This document shows positions 44,785 through 54,239 of a DNA stretch of 64,000 bases, piece after piece (position 1 is the stretch's first letter; each line of letters opens with the position of its first letter). The stretch lies in NCBI GenBank assembly GCA_965223845.1, contig CBDCXR010000004.1, forward strand, positions 4,768,001 to 4,832,000, given 5' to 3'. Source of the stretch: Planctomycetota bacterium (GTDB lineage Bacteria; Planctomycetota; UBA8108; SXIK01). A model generated the notes under the pieces. That model was not told where the DNA came from, searched no databases, and saw nothing but the letters and a program-made list of their open reading frames with translations. The translations under genes and the position numbers were made by a program.

Positions 44785-45660
44785 CTAGAGCGTGCAGGTG
44801 TCCTGGCAGAACGAGCCGCAGCAGGTGTTGTACACGCACGTCGGAACCCACCAGCAGATTCCCCACCAGCAGACGCGGATCACCGTGTCGTCCCGAACTT
44901 GAATGCAAGTCGGCACCTGGGGTCCACAGAGCCGAACATCCGGACATTCATCGCTCTTCCGGCGGACGGTATCGTGCTGCTCCGCGAGCGCGGCCCACGG
45001 GCAGCCGGCGTTCTCCGCCCTCTCGAGCTCGATCGTGAGCCGAGGCTCCGGGGCATCCCCGACTCCGCGGGCGATCTGGAGTCCGCGCACGACGTCCGAG
45101 AGGTCGAGCGTACCGTCGCGGGTAGCATCGGCTCCGAGGAAACACTCCGGTGTCGGTCCGCCAGAGTAGAGGTACTCGAGCGTCGAGATCGCGTCGGCAA
45201 AGTCGACATCGAGATCTCCGTCCGCGTCGCCCGGCCGGTAGGGAGTCGTCGCCGCGACGAGCTCCGCCTCGAGGTCGGCCGCGAGAGTGCGAAGCGAATC
45301 GAGCCGTTCGGCGAGCTCGACAAGCTTCGCCGGCGGCTCTCGACCCTCGTTCTCGAAGAAGTCATGGATCGTTTCGAACTCGAAGTGCTCGAGGCGCGAT
45401 GCTGCCGAGGCCACCAGCCGTCCGGACGCTCGCGGGTCGCTCTCGAGGTGTTCCGCGGCCTCGATGAGTGCGGCTTCGACCTGATCGAATCGCTCCGCGA
45501 GAGCTGAGGCGTGCTGCTCGAGCACGGCCGCCGAATCTCGGAGCCCGTTCCGGCTCGAAGGCTCCTCAGCGGCGCGGAGCGCCGGCGATACGAGCGCGAG
45601 GACGAGACTGGCGATGGCGACGTTCGCGGCACGAGTCAGCGGATCGATGGACCTTCGCAC
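44785..45660 (-). CDS. Secreted protein: helical domain, dockerin-like domain and Cys/Trp-rich C-terminal tail
   Basis: Signal peptide (ALRA-A); YRPGDADGD...CFLGADATRDG; 10 Cys in the last 54 aa; GTG start after GGGAGA. Confidence 0.75.
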   Translation of the reverse strand: MRRSIDPLTRAANVAIASLVLALVSPALRAAEEPSSRNGLRDSAAVLEQHASALAERFDQVEAALIEAAEHLESDPRASGRLVASAASRLEHFEFETIHDFFENEGREPPAKLVELAERLDSLRTLAADLEAELVAATTPYRPGDADGDLDVDFADAISTLEYLYSGGPTPECFLGADATRDGTLDLSDVVRGLQIARGVGDAPEPRLTIELERAENAGCPWAALAEQHDTVRRKSDECPDVRLCGPQVPTCIQVRDDTVIRVCWWGICWWVPTCVYNTCCGSFCQDTCTL

Positions 45661-45858
45661 GGTGGATTCTCCCGAGAGTGCACTGCGAGATGACGCGGTC
45701 GAGCCGCGCCGTAGCCGGGAGAGCGCACGGATGCCCTCGAGAGACCGGCTCCTCCCCAGTAACTGCACGTCCACCGCCGGTCAGCTCATCCTGTTCCCGG
45801 TTTTCTCCGAATCCGGACGAAGAACGGAGGCACCGAGAACGGCCAGCCAGGCCCAGGC

Positions 45859-47655
45859 CTACTCGGGCGGTGCGAAGAGGAGCACGCGACCGCCGTCGTC
45901 GGTCCACTGTAGGAGCCCGACCAGGGCACCGTCGCGCCGCGAGACGACGACGCCTCCGTGCCACGATGGGTCGAGCGGCACGCTCGGCTCGAGTCGCCAG
46001 TGATCCGCTTCGACCGACGCGATCTGTCCGACCGCGAGTGGGAAGGGCATCCCCTGCGGATCGGCGACGACGAGCGCGTCCTCCGCGTTCGCCGGGGTGC
46101 GGACGCGCACTCGCGGCCACGGCGTGATCGCCGGCAGCGTCGACGCGAGCGGATAGTAGACGATGGCACCTTGGGCGCCGAGCGACTCCGGCGCGACGGG
46201 AAACTCCTCCCCCGCGATCGCGAGGCGGATCTCTCCGTCGATCGAGTCTTCGACCGGGGCGAAGAAATCGCCGAGACCGAGAAGCCCGCGATCGAACACG
46301 AGCACCCAAGCCTCGCGCTGACGCGCCGACTTCCACCCGACGTAGTTTCGCTCGCGCCAGCGAAGGGTGGCGCGCCGCGCATGCGGCAGCGCGACGCCGC
46401 CCGGAAGAAGACGATCGCCGACGGGGATCGGCGGCTCCCAGTCGTGCCAGTCTTTCGGCGGGCCGGCATCGAGAGTGAACGGATGCCCCGTGACGACGGA
46501 ATCTTCGTCGACGTTCGGGGTCGCGAATGCGACTCCACCCGCGATGACGGTCGCGAGCGACTCGAGGTCGAGCTTCACTCCCGAGATGCCGACGTCGACA
46601 TCGATACCGCTCACCGCCCAAAACCGCGTGTTTGGACGAACGAGTGCGCGGTACTGCGGCTCGACGTAGGCTCGAGCTTCGACGCGGGCGGCGTCCGAAG
46701 CGAGATTCACGGACGTGACGCGGCCGACGCGGATCCCGCGATACAAGACCGGAGAACCTCGCTCGAGCCCGAACCGGTCCTTCGCACGAAGAATGACCTC
46801 GAGGCCTCCCTCCGTCCGATCCAGCTCTGCCGGTGCCTCGTCGAGTCCCTCGAACTCGCGCCGCGGCTCGGCCGAGCTCGGCCCCGGCGCGACGGCGAGA
46901 AAACGACCGCCGACAAGCGTTTCGAGTCCGCGAATCTCGGTGATGCCGACGCGAGGACGCTCCACCCAGAACAGACTCCCGGCCCGCGCGATCGCGGTCG
47001 CGGTCTCGGCGAGGCGCACCGTGACGCTCACTGAGCCGAGGTCGCCGGCAAGGCGAACGTCGGTCACTTCGCCGACGACCATTCCGCGGTAGCGCAATTC
47101 GTCTCCGGCGGCGAGTCCGTAGGCTTCGCGGAAACGGATCGCGATGTCGACGACGCCGCTGTCGTCGAGAGCCGGCGCACGCTCGAGACCCACGAACTCC
47201 GAGCGCGGCGGTCCTCCGGCCGGACCCGGCAGCACGCCGACGTACTTCGCGCCGATCGCCGTCTCGAGCGCGCGCACACCCTTCAAACTGAACTGCGGCC
47301 TCTCGATCCAGAAGCGGGAGCCTTCACGCGCGAGTCGTTCGGCATTCGGAACGAGCGAAATCGCGACGATCACCGTCGCGGCATCGCCGGCGAGCTCGAC
47401 CGAGGAGACGGCGCCGACCTGGATCCCCCGGTACTCGACCGCGTCGCCTGCCTTGAGGCCGTGTCCTTCGGGAAACGTGACTCGAATCGGCACGCCGGCT
47501 TCGGGTCGCGCGAGAACGGTGAGCACGATCGCCGCGACCAGGCAAAGAAGCGCGACCCACCACGCGTGCGTCGTCAGCACTCGGAGGCCGCGCGGCGCGG
47601 GTCGAACCGCGGCGGCGGGAAACTCGGGTGCTGAGCTTTGCTCGTTCGAGCTCAT
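45859..47655 (-). CDS. pqiB: PqiB/LetB-like MCE protein (3 MCE domains plus a C-terminal extension)
   Basis: Three GLxxGxxVxYRGxxVGxV repeats; N-terminal TM. Confidence 0.85.
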   Translation of the reverse strand: MSSNEQSSAPEFPAAAVRPAPRGLRVLTTHAWWVALLCLVAAIVLTVLARPEAGVPIRVTFPEGHGLKAGDAVEYRGIQVGAVSSVELAGDAATVIVAISLVPNAERLAREGSRFWIERPQFSLKGVRALETAIGAKYVGVLPGPAGGPPRSEFVGLERAPALDDSGVVDIAIRFREAYGLAAGDELRYRGMVVGEVTDVRLAGDLGSVSVTVRLAETATAIARAGSLFWVERPRVGITEIRGLETLVGGRFLAVAPGPSSAEPRREFEGLDEAPAELDRTEGGLEVILRAKDRFGLERGSPVLYRGIRVGRVTSVNLASDAARVEARAYVEPQYRALVRPNTRFWAVSGIDVDVGISGVKLDLESLATVIAGGVAFATPNVDEDSVVTGHPFTLDAGPPKDWHDWEPPIPVGDRLLPGGVALPHARRATLRWRERNYVGWKSARQREAWVLVFDRGLLGLGDFFAPVEDSIDGEIRLAIAGEEFPVAPESLGAQGAIVYYPLASTLPAITPWPRVRVRTPANAEDALVVADPQGMPFPLAVGQIASVEADHWRLEPSVPLDPSWHGGVVVSRRDGALVGLLQWTDDGGRVLLFAPPE

Positions 47656-47656
47656 T

Positions 47657-48250
47657 TCAAGCTTCCTCTTCTTCCCAGATGGAACGCGGGTCGAACGCGA
47701 GCGATGCGAAAAGACTCATCGCGACGCACAAAGCGAAGGCGACGACACCGTAGCCGAATCGAAATTGAACGAGGTTTCCGAGCTTGACGAGCATCACGAG
47801 AAACGCAAGGAGGAGGACATCCATCATGCTCCACTTGCCGACGGTCTCCATGACGTGATACGTGAGTGCCTTGTGCTTCCTCCTGAGTAGACCGAGAAGA
47901 CTGAGCTCGAGGAGAAGCACGATCTTCCCGAGTGGAAATACGATCGAGAAGACGAGCACCACACCACCGACGAACCAGCTTCCGCTGCGAAGGAGATCGA
48001 CGGTGCCGGCGAGGATGCTCGACGCCGTGCGATGCCCGAGCTGTTCGACTTCGAGCACCGGAAGGAGAATCGCCGGCCAAAAGAGAACGAACGCACCGAC
48101 GGCGAACGCCGCGGTTCGCGCCGACGAAAGCTGCGCATCTCGTGGCAGCGGAATCGCGGCGCCGCAGCGAACGCAGTAGGCCCGTTCGCTCGGTGCGACG
48201 TCGCCGACGCGGTGGATGAGACCGCAGGAATGGCAGGCGTGATGGTTCAT
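47657..48250 (-). CDS. pqiA: PqiA/LetA-family membrane protein (single unit)
   Basis: CHSC..CVRC zinc ribbon; GKWSMMDV motif. Confidence 0.88.
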   Translation of the reverse strand: MNHHACHSCGLIHRVGDVAPSERAYCVRCGAAIPLPRDAQLSSARTAAFAVGAFVLFWPAILLPVLEVEQLGHRTASSILAGTVDLLRSGSWFVGGVVLVFSIVFPLGKIVLLLELSLLGLLRRKHKALTYHVMETVGKWSMMDVLLLAFLVMLVKLGNLVQFRFGYGVVAFALCVAMSLFASLAFDPRSIWEEEEA

Positions 48251-48597
48251 CGTTCGTGCCCGGAGCGGCGAAAGACTCCGCGGCGTGACCGAGATGCCAT
48301 GAACCGGGCGAACCGCCGCGCCCGTTTATCCTGAACTCTCTTCGATCCGACATCCATAAGGGGGCGCGTTCGATCCGTTGACTCCTCGGGCGTACCCAGC
48401 GCGTCCGGAGGCGGTTCGTTCACGCGCACGCCGCCCGATGGGTCGTGCGTTTCGGGCAGCATGCAGGTTTCCTCGAGGGGAGTACAGGGGCAATCTCGGA
48501 CCAAAGCCGCCGGCGTCGGTGACGCCTTTCGTACCGTCTTTCGACCCCCGTTCTTGGTCGCTGATCTTCTCGGGGTCGATGGATATCGGTGCGGGCT

Positions 48598-50205
48598 TCA
48601 GACCTGAAACACGCCGAGCCCAGAGGCCTCGGCGGGCGCCGCGCGCGTCGCGAGCTCGAGCAGGTGCGCGAGCACGGCACGCGTCTCACGCGGGTCGATG
48701 ATCGCGTCGACCCAGAGCCGCGCGGCGGCGTAGTACGGCGAAACGGTCTCGTCGTACTTCGAGCGGATGCGTTCGAGGATCTCGGCTTCGCCCTCGGCCT
48801 CGAGCTCGGCACCGAGCTTCTTTCGCTCGATGCTGAGGATCGTCTCCGCCGCCTGCTCGCCGCCCATGACGCCGATGCGCGCCGATGGCCAAGCGACCAT
48901 GAAGCGCGGAGCAAACGCACGACCGCAAAGCGCGTAGTTCCCCGCGCCGTAGCTGTTCCCGACGACGAGAGTGATCTTCGGCACCGTCGTGTTGCTGACC
49001 GCGCTCACGAGCTTCGCACCGTCCTTGATGATGCCGCCCTGCTCCGCACGCGTTCCGACCATGAACCCCGTAACATCCTGCACGAAAAGGAGCGGGATCT
49101 TCTTCTGCGTGCAGCTCAGCACGAACCGCGCGGCCTTCGCCGCAGAATCGGAATAGATCACCCCGCCGATTTGCATCTCGCCCGCACCCGTTCGAGTCGT
49201 GAGGCGCTGGCTCGCGACCACGCCGACGACGTAGCCATCGATGCGCGCGGTTCCGGTGACGAGTGAACGACCGTACTCGGCCTTGAATTCCTCCCAAGAA
49301 CCGTCGTCGATCACGCAGCGAAGGAGATCACGGGCGTCGTAGGGCGCGCGGTGATCGGCGGGAAGGACGTCGAGAACTCCACCGGGTTCCTCGGCCGGAG
49401 CCATCGGAGCTTCACGCAAGAACCCGCCCGAGGGATCCGCGGGCCATTGCGCCGCGAGGCGACGAACGCGCTCGAGAGCGCTCGCGTCGTCCTCGTCCTC
49501 GTAGTCCGCCATGCCACTCAGGCGCATGTGTGTCGACGCGCCGCCGAGCGATTCTGCGTCCGCGTCTTCGCCGATGGCGGCTTTGACGAGATACGGACCT
49601 CCGAGAAAGATCCCGCTCGTTCCCTTCACCATCACGAGCTCGTCGCAGAGCGCGGGGATGTACGCGCCGCCGGCGACGCACGGCCCCATCACCGCGGCGA
49701 TCTGCGGGACGCCCGCCGCTGACAAGCGTGCGTTGTTGTAAAAGATACGCCCCGCGTGATCGCGGTCGGGAAACGACTCGTGCTGGAGCGGGAGGAAAAG
49801 TCCACCCGAGTCGACGAGGTAGATGATCGGGACGCGGTTCTCGAGTCCGATCTCCTGGGCACGAAGGATCTTTTTGATGGTGAGTGGAAACCACGTCCCG
49901 CTCTTCACCATCGAGTCGTTGGCGATCACGATCGCTGCGCGCCCGCTCACGCGTCCGGCGATGGTCCGAACGCCCGCCGCCGAGATGGTTCCGGCTTCGT
50001 CGTAGACCCCGGCCGCCGCGAGCGCCCCGATCTCGAATCGAGCTGCCTGTTCGTCGAAGAGCAGATCGAGCCGCTCGGGGATGGTCAGCTTTCCTTTCGA
50101 GTGTTGTCGTTCGACCGCCGATTCGCTGCGCACGGAGGTCGACTCTAGGAGTCGCTCCGCTAGCTCCGCGATTCTGTGCTCGTGCTGTTCTCTTCCGGTC
50201 GACAC
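48598..50205 (-). CDS. Acyl-CoA carboxylase carboxyltransferase (MCC-beta/LiuB-like)
   Basis: YLVDSGG, MGPCVAGGAYIPA, QDVTGFMVG, GNSYGAGNY, DPRETR. Start estimated. Confidence 0.9.
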   Translation of the reverse strand: MSTGREQHEHRIAELAERLLESTSVRSESAVERQHSKGKLTIPERLDLLFDEQAARFEIGALAAAGVYDEAGTISAAGVRTIAGRVSGRAAIVIANDSMVKSGTWFPLTIKKILRAQEIGLENRVPIIYLVDSGGLFLPLQHESFPDRDHAGRIFYNNARLSAAGVPQIAAVMGPCVAGGAYIPALCDELVMVKGTSGIFLGGPYLVKAAIGEDADAESLGGASTHMRLSGMADYEDEDDASALERVRRLAAQWPADPSGGFLREAPMAPAEEPGGVLDVLPADHRAPYDARDLLRCVIDDGSWEEFKAEYGRSLVTGTARIDGYVVGVVASQRLTTRTGAGEMQIGGVIYSDSAAKAARFVLSCTQKKIPLLFVQDVTGFMVGTRAEQGGIIKDGAKLVSAVSNTTVPKITLVVGNSYGAGNYALCGRAFAPRFMVAWPSARIGVMGGEQAAETILSIERKKLGAELEAEGEAEILERIRSKYDETVSPYYAAARLWVDAIIDPRETRAVLAHLLELATRAAPAEASGLGVFQV

Positions 50206-50234
50206 GCCCGATTCGCTCCACTTTCTCGTCGGCG

Positions 50235-51002
50235 TCAATCGTCCCACTTCACGGTCTCGCGGCGCGCGAACGCATCGAGACCGCGGCGAGCGTCCTCGCT
50301 CGCAACGGCGCTTTCGAACTCGGCGCACGCGGCACTCAGATCGGCGTCGAGCGATCGTTGATCGAGCTGCGCGAGAAATTCGCGGGTGCGACGGGTCGCG
50401 TCCCGAGATCGCTGGTACACGAAGAGTCGCGCGTATTCTTCGGCCGCAGCGAGCGCCGGGATGTCCGGCACGAAGTCGACCAGTCCATCCGCGAGCGCGC
50501 TCTCGGCGTCGTAGGTACGCCCAGCCGCAGCGATCGCAGCGACTCGCGCGGCCGACAGGCGTCGCCTCAGCACGACCGATACGAGCGCCGGAACGAGACC
50601 CAGTCGAGTCTCGGGAAGGGCGAGCGACACGCCCGGTCCCGCCCATACGAGATCGGCGGCGAGCGCGAGCCCGAGTCCACCGCCGACCGCCGCACCGTCG
50701 AGCGCCGATAGAACGGGGATCGGCGAGCGAAGAACGGCGCGGTAGAGCGAGGCGAGCTCGTCGGCAAAGCGCGCCGCCACCGCGCGGTCTCCGAGCGAAA
50801 CGTCGCGGAGATCCATGCCGGCAGAAAACACCCGCGAGGTGCTCCCGAGGATGAGGATTCGGGCCGAGGAATTCGAGCCGGCGTCTTCGATCGCGGCGCG
50901 CGCCGCGCGGACCATGTCGAGCGTGAGCGCGTTGCGTTTACTCTCGCGGTCGAGAAGCACGCGCACTACGCCGTCCGACGATTGACACTGAATTCCGCTC
51001 AC
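50235..51002 (-). CDS. Enoyl-CoA hydratase/isomerase (LiuC-like)
   Basis: FSAGMDL, GAAVGGGLGL, LPETRLGLVP. Confidence 0.9.
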   Translation of the reverse strand: MSGIQCQSSDGVVRVLLDRESKRNALTLDMVRAARAAIEDAGSNSSARILILGSTSRVFSAGMDLRDVSLGDRAVAARFADELASLYRAVLRSPIPVLSALDGAAVGGGLGLALAADLVWAGPGVSLALPETRLGLVPALVSVVLRRRLSAARVAAIAAAGRTYDAESALADGLVDFVPDIPALAAAEEYARLFVYQRSRDATRRTREFLAQLDQRSLDADLSAACAEFESAVASEDARRGLDAFARRETVKWDD

Positions 51003-51475
51003 GATGGCCTTCCCTCCTCTGACGAGTCGCTGGATTCAGCCCCGAGGTCCGCAGGATTCTCGCGGAAAGCGGCGCTCGACTCGAGCACGCAATCGGAAGG
51101 AAGCTCGGCGCCCCAGTGGTCGAGGACCGCGCGTTCGAGATCCGGCGGAAGCGAGATCGGCGCGCGCAGGAGTGCCGGCGCAAGAGTCTTTCCCTGTGCG
51201 TCGAGACGAAGCGATACGGCCCCACCACCACCAAGCGCGTGGGAGACGACGAAATTGAGCGCGCCGAGATTCTCGAGTTCGTAGCGAAGAACGGAGCCGA
51301 CTTCGAGCGGAGCGAGCACTCCCGCGACGCGCTGCGCGGTGAGGTTTCGCACGAGCCATGGATACCAATCGGGCCGGCGCGCGATGATGCCGATGTTCGC
51401 CTTGTCGCCCTTGTCACCCGAGCGGCCGTGCGCGAGAAGGAAGAGTCGATAGCGCGTTTTCATGGAAGAAGTCAT
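50999..51475 (-). CDS. AtuA-associated small ferredoxin-like-fold protein
   Basis: AHGRSGDKGD...LGGGG.SLRLDAQGKT; overlaps the stop of the AtuA-family gene. Confidence 0.85.
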   Translation of the reverse strand: MTSSMKTRYRLFLLAHGRSGDKGDKANIGIIARRPDWYPWLVRNLTAQRVAGVLAPLEVGSVLRYELENLGALNFVVSHALGGGGAVSLRLDAQGKTLAPALLRAPISLPPDLERAVLDHWGAELPSDCVLESSAAFRENPADLGAESSDSSEEGRPS

Positions 51476-52839
51476 TCGACGATGTCGACGCGATACCGCA
51501 CGGCGTCGCGCGGAACGAGTCCCGACCAGATCGCCCGAACGGCCGATGCCTTCGGTCGTCCCCCTGCGTAGCCCGTCGCTCCGGGCGGTCCGGTGAGGAC
51601 GAGACCGATCATTTCGCGACCGACGAGCTCGAGGCCCTCCTTGTCCGCACCGCGCACGGCGACTCGAAGGACGACCTCCACCGGTTCCGGCGTGGGGCCA
51701 CTCGCGCCGCGAAAGCAGGCGTCCGCGCCGACCACCTCGACGCACCACTCGTCGACGGAGTTCGCGCCGAGATTCTCGACGCGCCGGCGAAGCACGGCGG
51801 CCGCGCGCTCCGCCTTCTCGCGAGCGTCGGGCCAGCAGTAGGTCATCTGCGCGGTGACCTTCCAACCCGCGTCGTAGACGCACGAAACCTTGAGCCGCTC
51901 AGGCGCGGGCCTCCCGCGCACACCGCTGATCTCGACGCGGTCCGGACCGATTTCGCGGAGATCGATCGACGTGAAGTCCGCGACGCAATCGGCCGTGATG
52001 TAGTGACGCGGATCGCCGATTTCGTAGAGGAGCTGCTCCTTCACCGTCGCCGCCGAGACCTTGCCGCCGAGCGAAGGATGCTTCGTGATCACCGCGCGAT
52101 CCGGAGTCTCGATCTCCGCGATGGGAAAACCGATCCGATCGGCCCCCTCGATCGAGCGCCAGTCCCCGAGAAAATTCCCACCGCTCGCCTGCGCGCCGCA
52201 TTCGAGCACGTGACCGACGACCGTTCCGAGCGCGAGGGCATCGATCTGATCGCCCGTGATGCCGAACTCGTGCCGGAGCGGAGCGACGACGAGCGCGGTG
52301 TCGGTGCAGCGCCCGGTGACGACGATCTGCGCTCCGCGCTCGAGCGCCTCGACGATCGGATCCGCGCCGAGGTAGACGTGGGCGCTCGTCGCCCTCGATG
52401 CGACTTCGCTCCACGGCAACTCGTCGGCATCGAGCGGTCGCACGTCGATCGAGCCCGCGCCGTCGTGCTCGGGATCGCTCGGGAGAAGATCGAGGACGTC
52501 ATGGCTCTCGACGACACCGATCTTCAAACCGTCGACACCGCGGCGCTTCGCCTCGGCGAGCAGAGCTTGGGCGCAGCCGGTCGCGTTGACCCCGCCGGCG
52601 CTCGCGACGACGCGGATCCCCCGCTCGGAGATCTCGGGGAGAAGCTCACCGATATCCCGCACGAAGTCGCGCGCGTAACCGGCCTCGGGATCGCGGCGAT
52701 GCTGCTTGTCCAGAATCGCGATCGTCACTTCGGCGAGGTAGTCGAGAACTAGATAGTCGATCGGCCCGGAGCGCACCTGGAGCGCAGGCGCCTGGGACCA
52801 ATCGCCCCAAAACGCCTGACCGCTCGCGATCCGGATCAC
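51472..52839 (-). CDS. AtuA (DUF1446) family protein
   Basis: [37 protein letters not shown]. Confidence 0.9.
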   Translation of the reverse strand: MIRIASGQAFWGDWSQAPALQVRSGPIDYLVLDYLAEVTIAILDKQHRRDPEAGYARDFVRDIGELLPEISERGIRVVASAGGVNATGCAQALLAEAKRRGVDGLKIGVVESHDVLDLLPSDPEHDGAGSIDVRPLDADELPWSEVASRATSAHVYLGADPIVEALERGAQIVVTGRCTDTALVVAPLRHEFGITGDQIDALALGTVVGHVLECGAQASGGNFLGDWRSIEGADRIGFPIAEIETPDRAVITKHPSLGGKVSAATVKEQLLYEIGDPRHYITADCVADFTSIDLREIGPDRVEISGVRGRPAPERLKVSCVYDAGWKVTAQMTYCWPDAREKAERAAAVLRRRVENLGANSVDEWCVEVVGADACFRGASGPTPEPVEVVLRVAVRGADKEGLELVGREMIGLVLTGPPGATGYAGGRPKASAVRAIWSGLVPRDAVRYRVDIVE

Positions 52840-54017
52840 CGCGCCGGCTCCGGGCGCGTCTCGACCTCCGCTCCGAACTGCCGCGTCGTGCCTTGCGCGA
52901 CGATGAGGCGAAGGATCTCGCTCGTCCCCTCGCCGATCTCACAGAGCTTGGCGTCGCGAAGATAGCGCTCGACGTTGTAGTCACGCAGGTAGCCGTAGCC
53001 ACCGTGAATCTGGATCGCGTCGAGACAGACGCGAGTCGCCATTTCGGACGCGAACAGCTTTGTCATCGCCGAGTCGTAAGGGAGCGACCTGCCGCGGTCG
53101 AGGAGCTGTGCGCCGCGGTACGCCATCAGGCGCGCCGCCTGAATCTGAGTCGCCATGTCGGCGATCTTTCCCTGAATGAGCTGACGGCGGATGATCGGCC
53201 GGCCGAAGGTCGAACGTTCTTCGGCGTAGCGAACACTGTCCTCCAGCGCGCCGCGGGCGAGCCCGAGCGAGATGCCCGAAATCATGAAGCGCCCGCGCTC
53301 GAGGACTTTCTTCACGTCGCGGAACGCCTCGTTGACGTTTCCGAGTCGATCGCCATCCGGCACGCGGACTTCGTCGAACGTGAGCGTCACGGTGTCGGAC
53401 GATCGCATGCCGAGCTTTTCCTCGGGCGATCCGTAGCTCAGCCCCGCCGCGCCGCGCTCGACGACGAACGCGCTAATTCCCCGCTTGCCCGCCTCGGGGT
53501 CGGTGACGGCATTGACGACAAGAAGCGGTGCACGCGATCCGTTCGTGACGAATTGCTTCGCCCCCGTGATCACCCACTCGCCGCCGTCGCGGACGGCGCG
53601 GGTCTTCATCGCGGCGGCGTCCGTTCCCGAATCGGGCTCCGAAAGACACCAACTGCCGAGCCCTTCCCCCGAGGTCAGGCGCGGGAGAAACCTCTCCTTC
53701 TGCTCGCCGGTACCGACCGCGAGGATGTGCTCGAGACAAAGTCCGTTGTGTGCTTCGACCGACAGCGCGAGACCGCCGTCGTGGCGCGCGAGCTCTTCGA
53801 GAACCGCGAGGAACGCGAGGTACGTGCCGCCCGCTCCGCCGAACTCCTCCGGAACGAGGATGCCGAGGAGTCCCTGCTCGGCGAGCGCGGACACCATCGA
53901 TTCGGGAAAGCCCTTTTGGCCGTCCCAATCGCGCGCGTGCGGAGCGATTTCCGCCGCGGCGAAGCGAGCCACCGCCGAACGAAGAGCGGTGATGTCGGAG
54001 GGAAGATCGAGATCCAT
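52836..54017 (-). CDS. Acyl-CoA dehydrogenase
   Basis: [43 protein letters not shown]. Confidence 0.93.
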   Translation of the reverse strand: MDLDLPSDITALRSAVARFAAAEIAPHARDWDGQKGFPESMVSALAEQGLLGILVPEEFGGAGGTYLAFLAVLEELARHDGGLALSVEAHNGLCLEHILAVGTGEQKERFLPRLTSGEGLGSWCLSEPDSGTDAAAMKTRAVRDGGEWVITGAKQFVTNGSRAPLLVVNAVTDPEAGKRGISAFVVERGAAGLSYGSPEEKLGMRSSDTVTLTFDEVRVPDGDRLGNVNEAFRDVKKVLERGRFMISGISLGLARGALEDSVRYAEERSTFGRPIIRRQLIQGKIADMATQIQAARLMAYRGAQLLDRGRSLPYDSAMTKLFASEMATRVCLDAIQIHGGYGYLRDYNVERYLRDAKLCEIGEGTSEILRLIVAQGTTRQFGAEVETRPEPAR

Positions 54018-54239
54018 GAGTCCCCTGGCCCGCAGTTCCGTCGCGGCGTGCGCGCTCAACTACGCCCCCCCATTACCATAACCATAACATCGGGGAAGCG
54101 CGGGCGCCGGGCACGAGGGCCGGGCGAAACGCATCCGAGAGAATCGGAACATCGCCCGCTCTGTTGGCGACCGAGGCAAGCAGGCTACAATGCTCCGCCA
54201 ACGTCGTTTGATCCTGAAGCTCAAGAATCGAGGTCTTCG

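Noticed and set aside
176-45660. Classical cellulosome
   Set aside because: No recognisable glycoside hydrolase, CBM3 or SLH domain on any dockerin or cohesin protein in the window, and the architecture differs from scaffoldins.
48247-48504. Small ORF between the carboxyltransferase and pqiA
   Set aside because: No motif or clear RBS; cannot be distinguished from intergenic sequence.
52893-54239. Apparent 805-aa ORF 52893-55310
   Set aside because: The first ~450 codons are the antisense of the acyl-CoA dehydrogenase. The real DUF1080 gene starts at ATG 54240 with a signal peptide.
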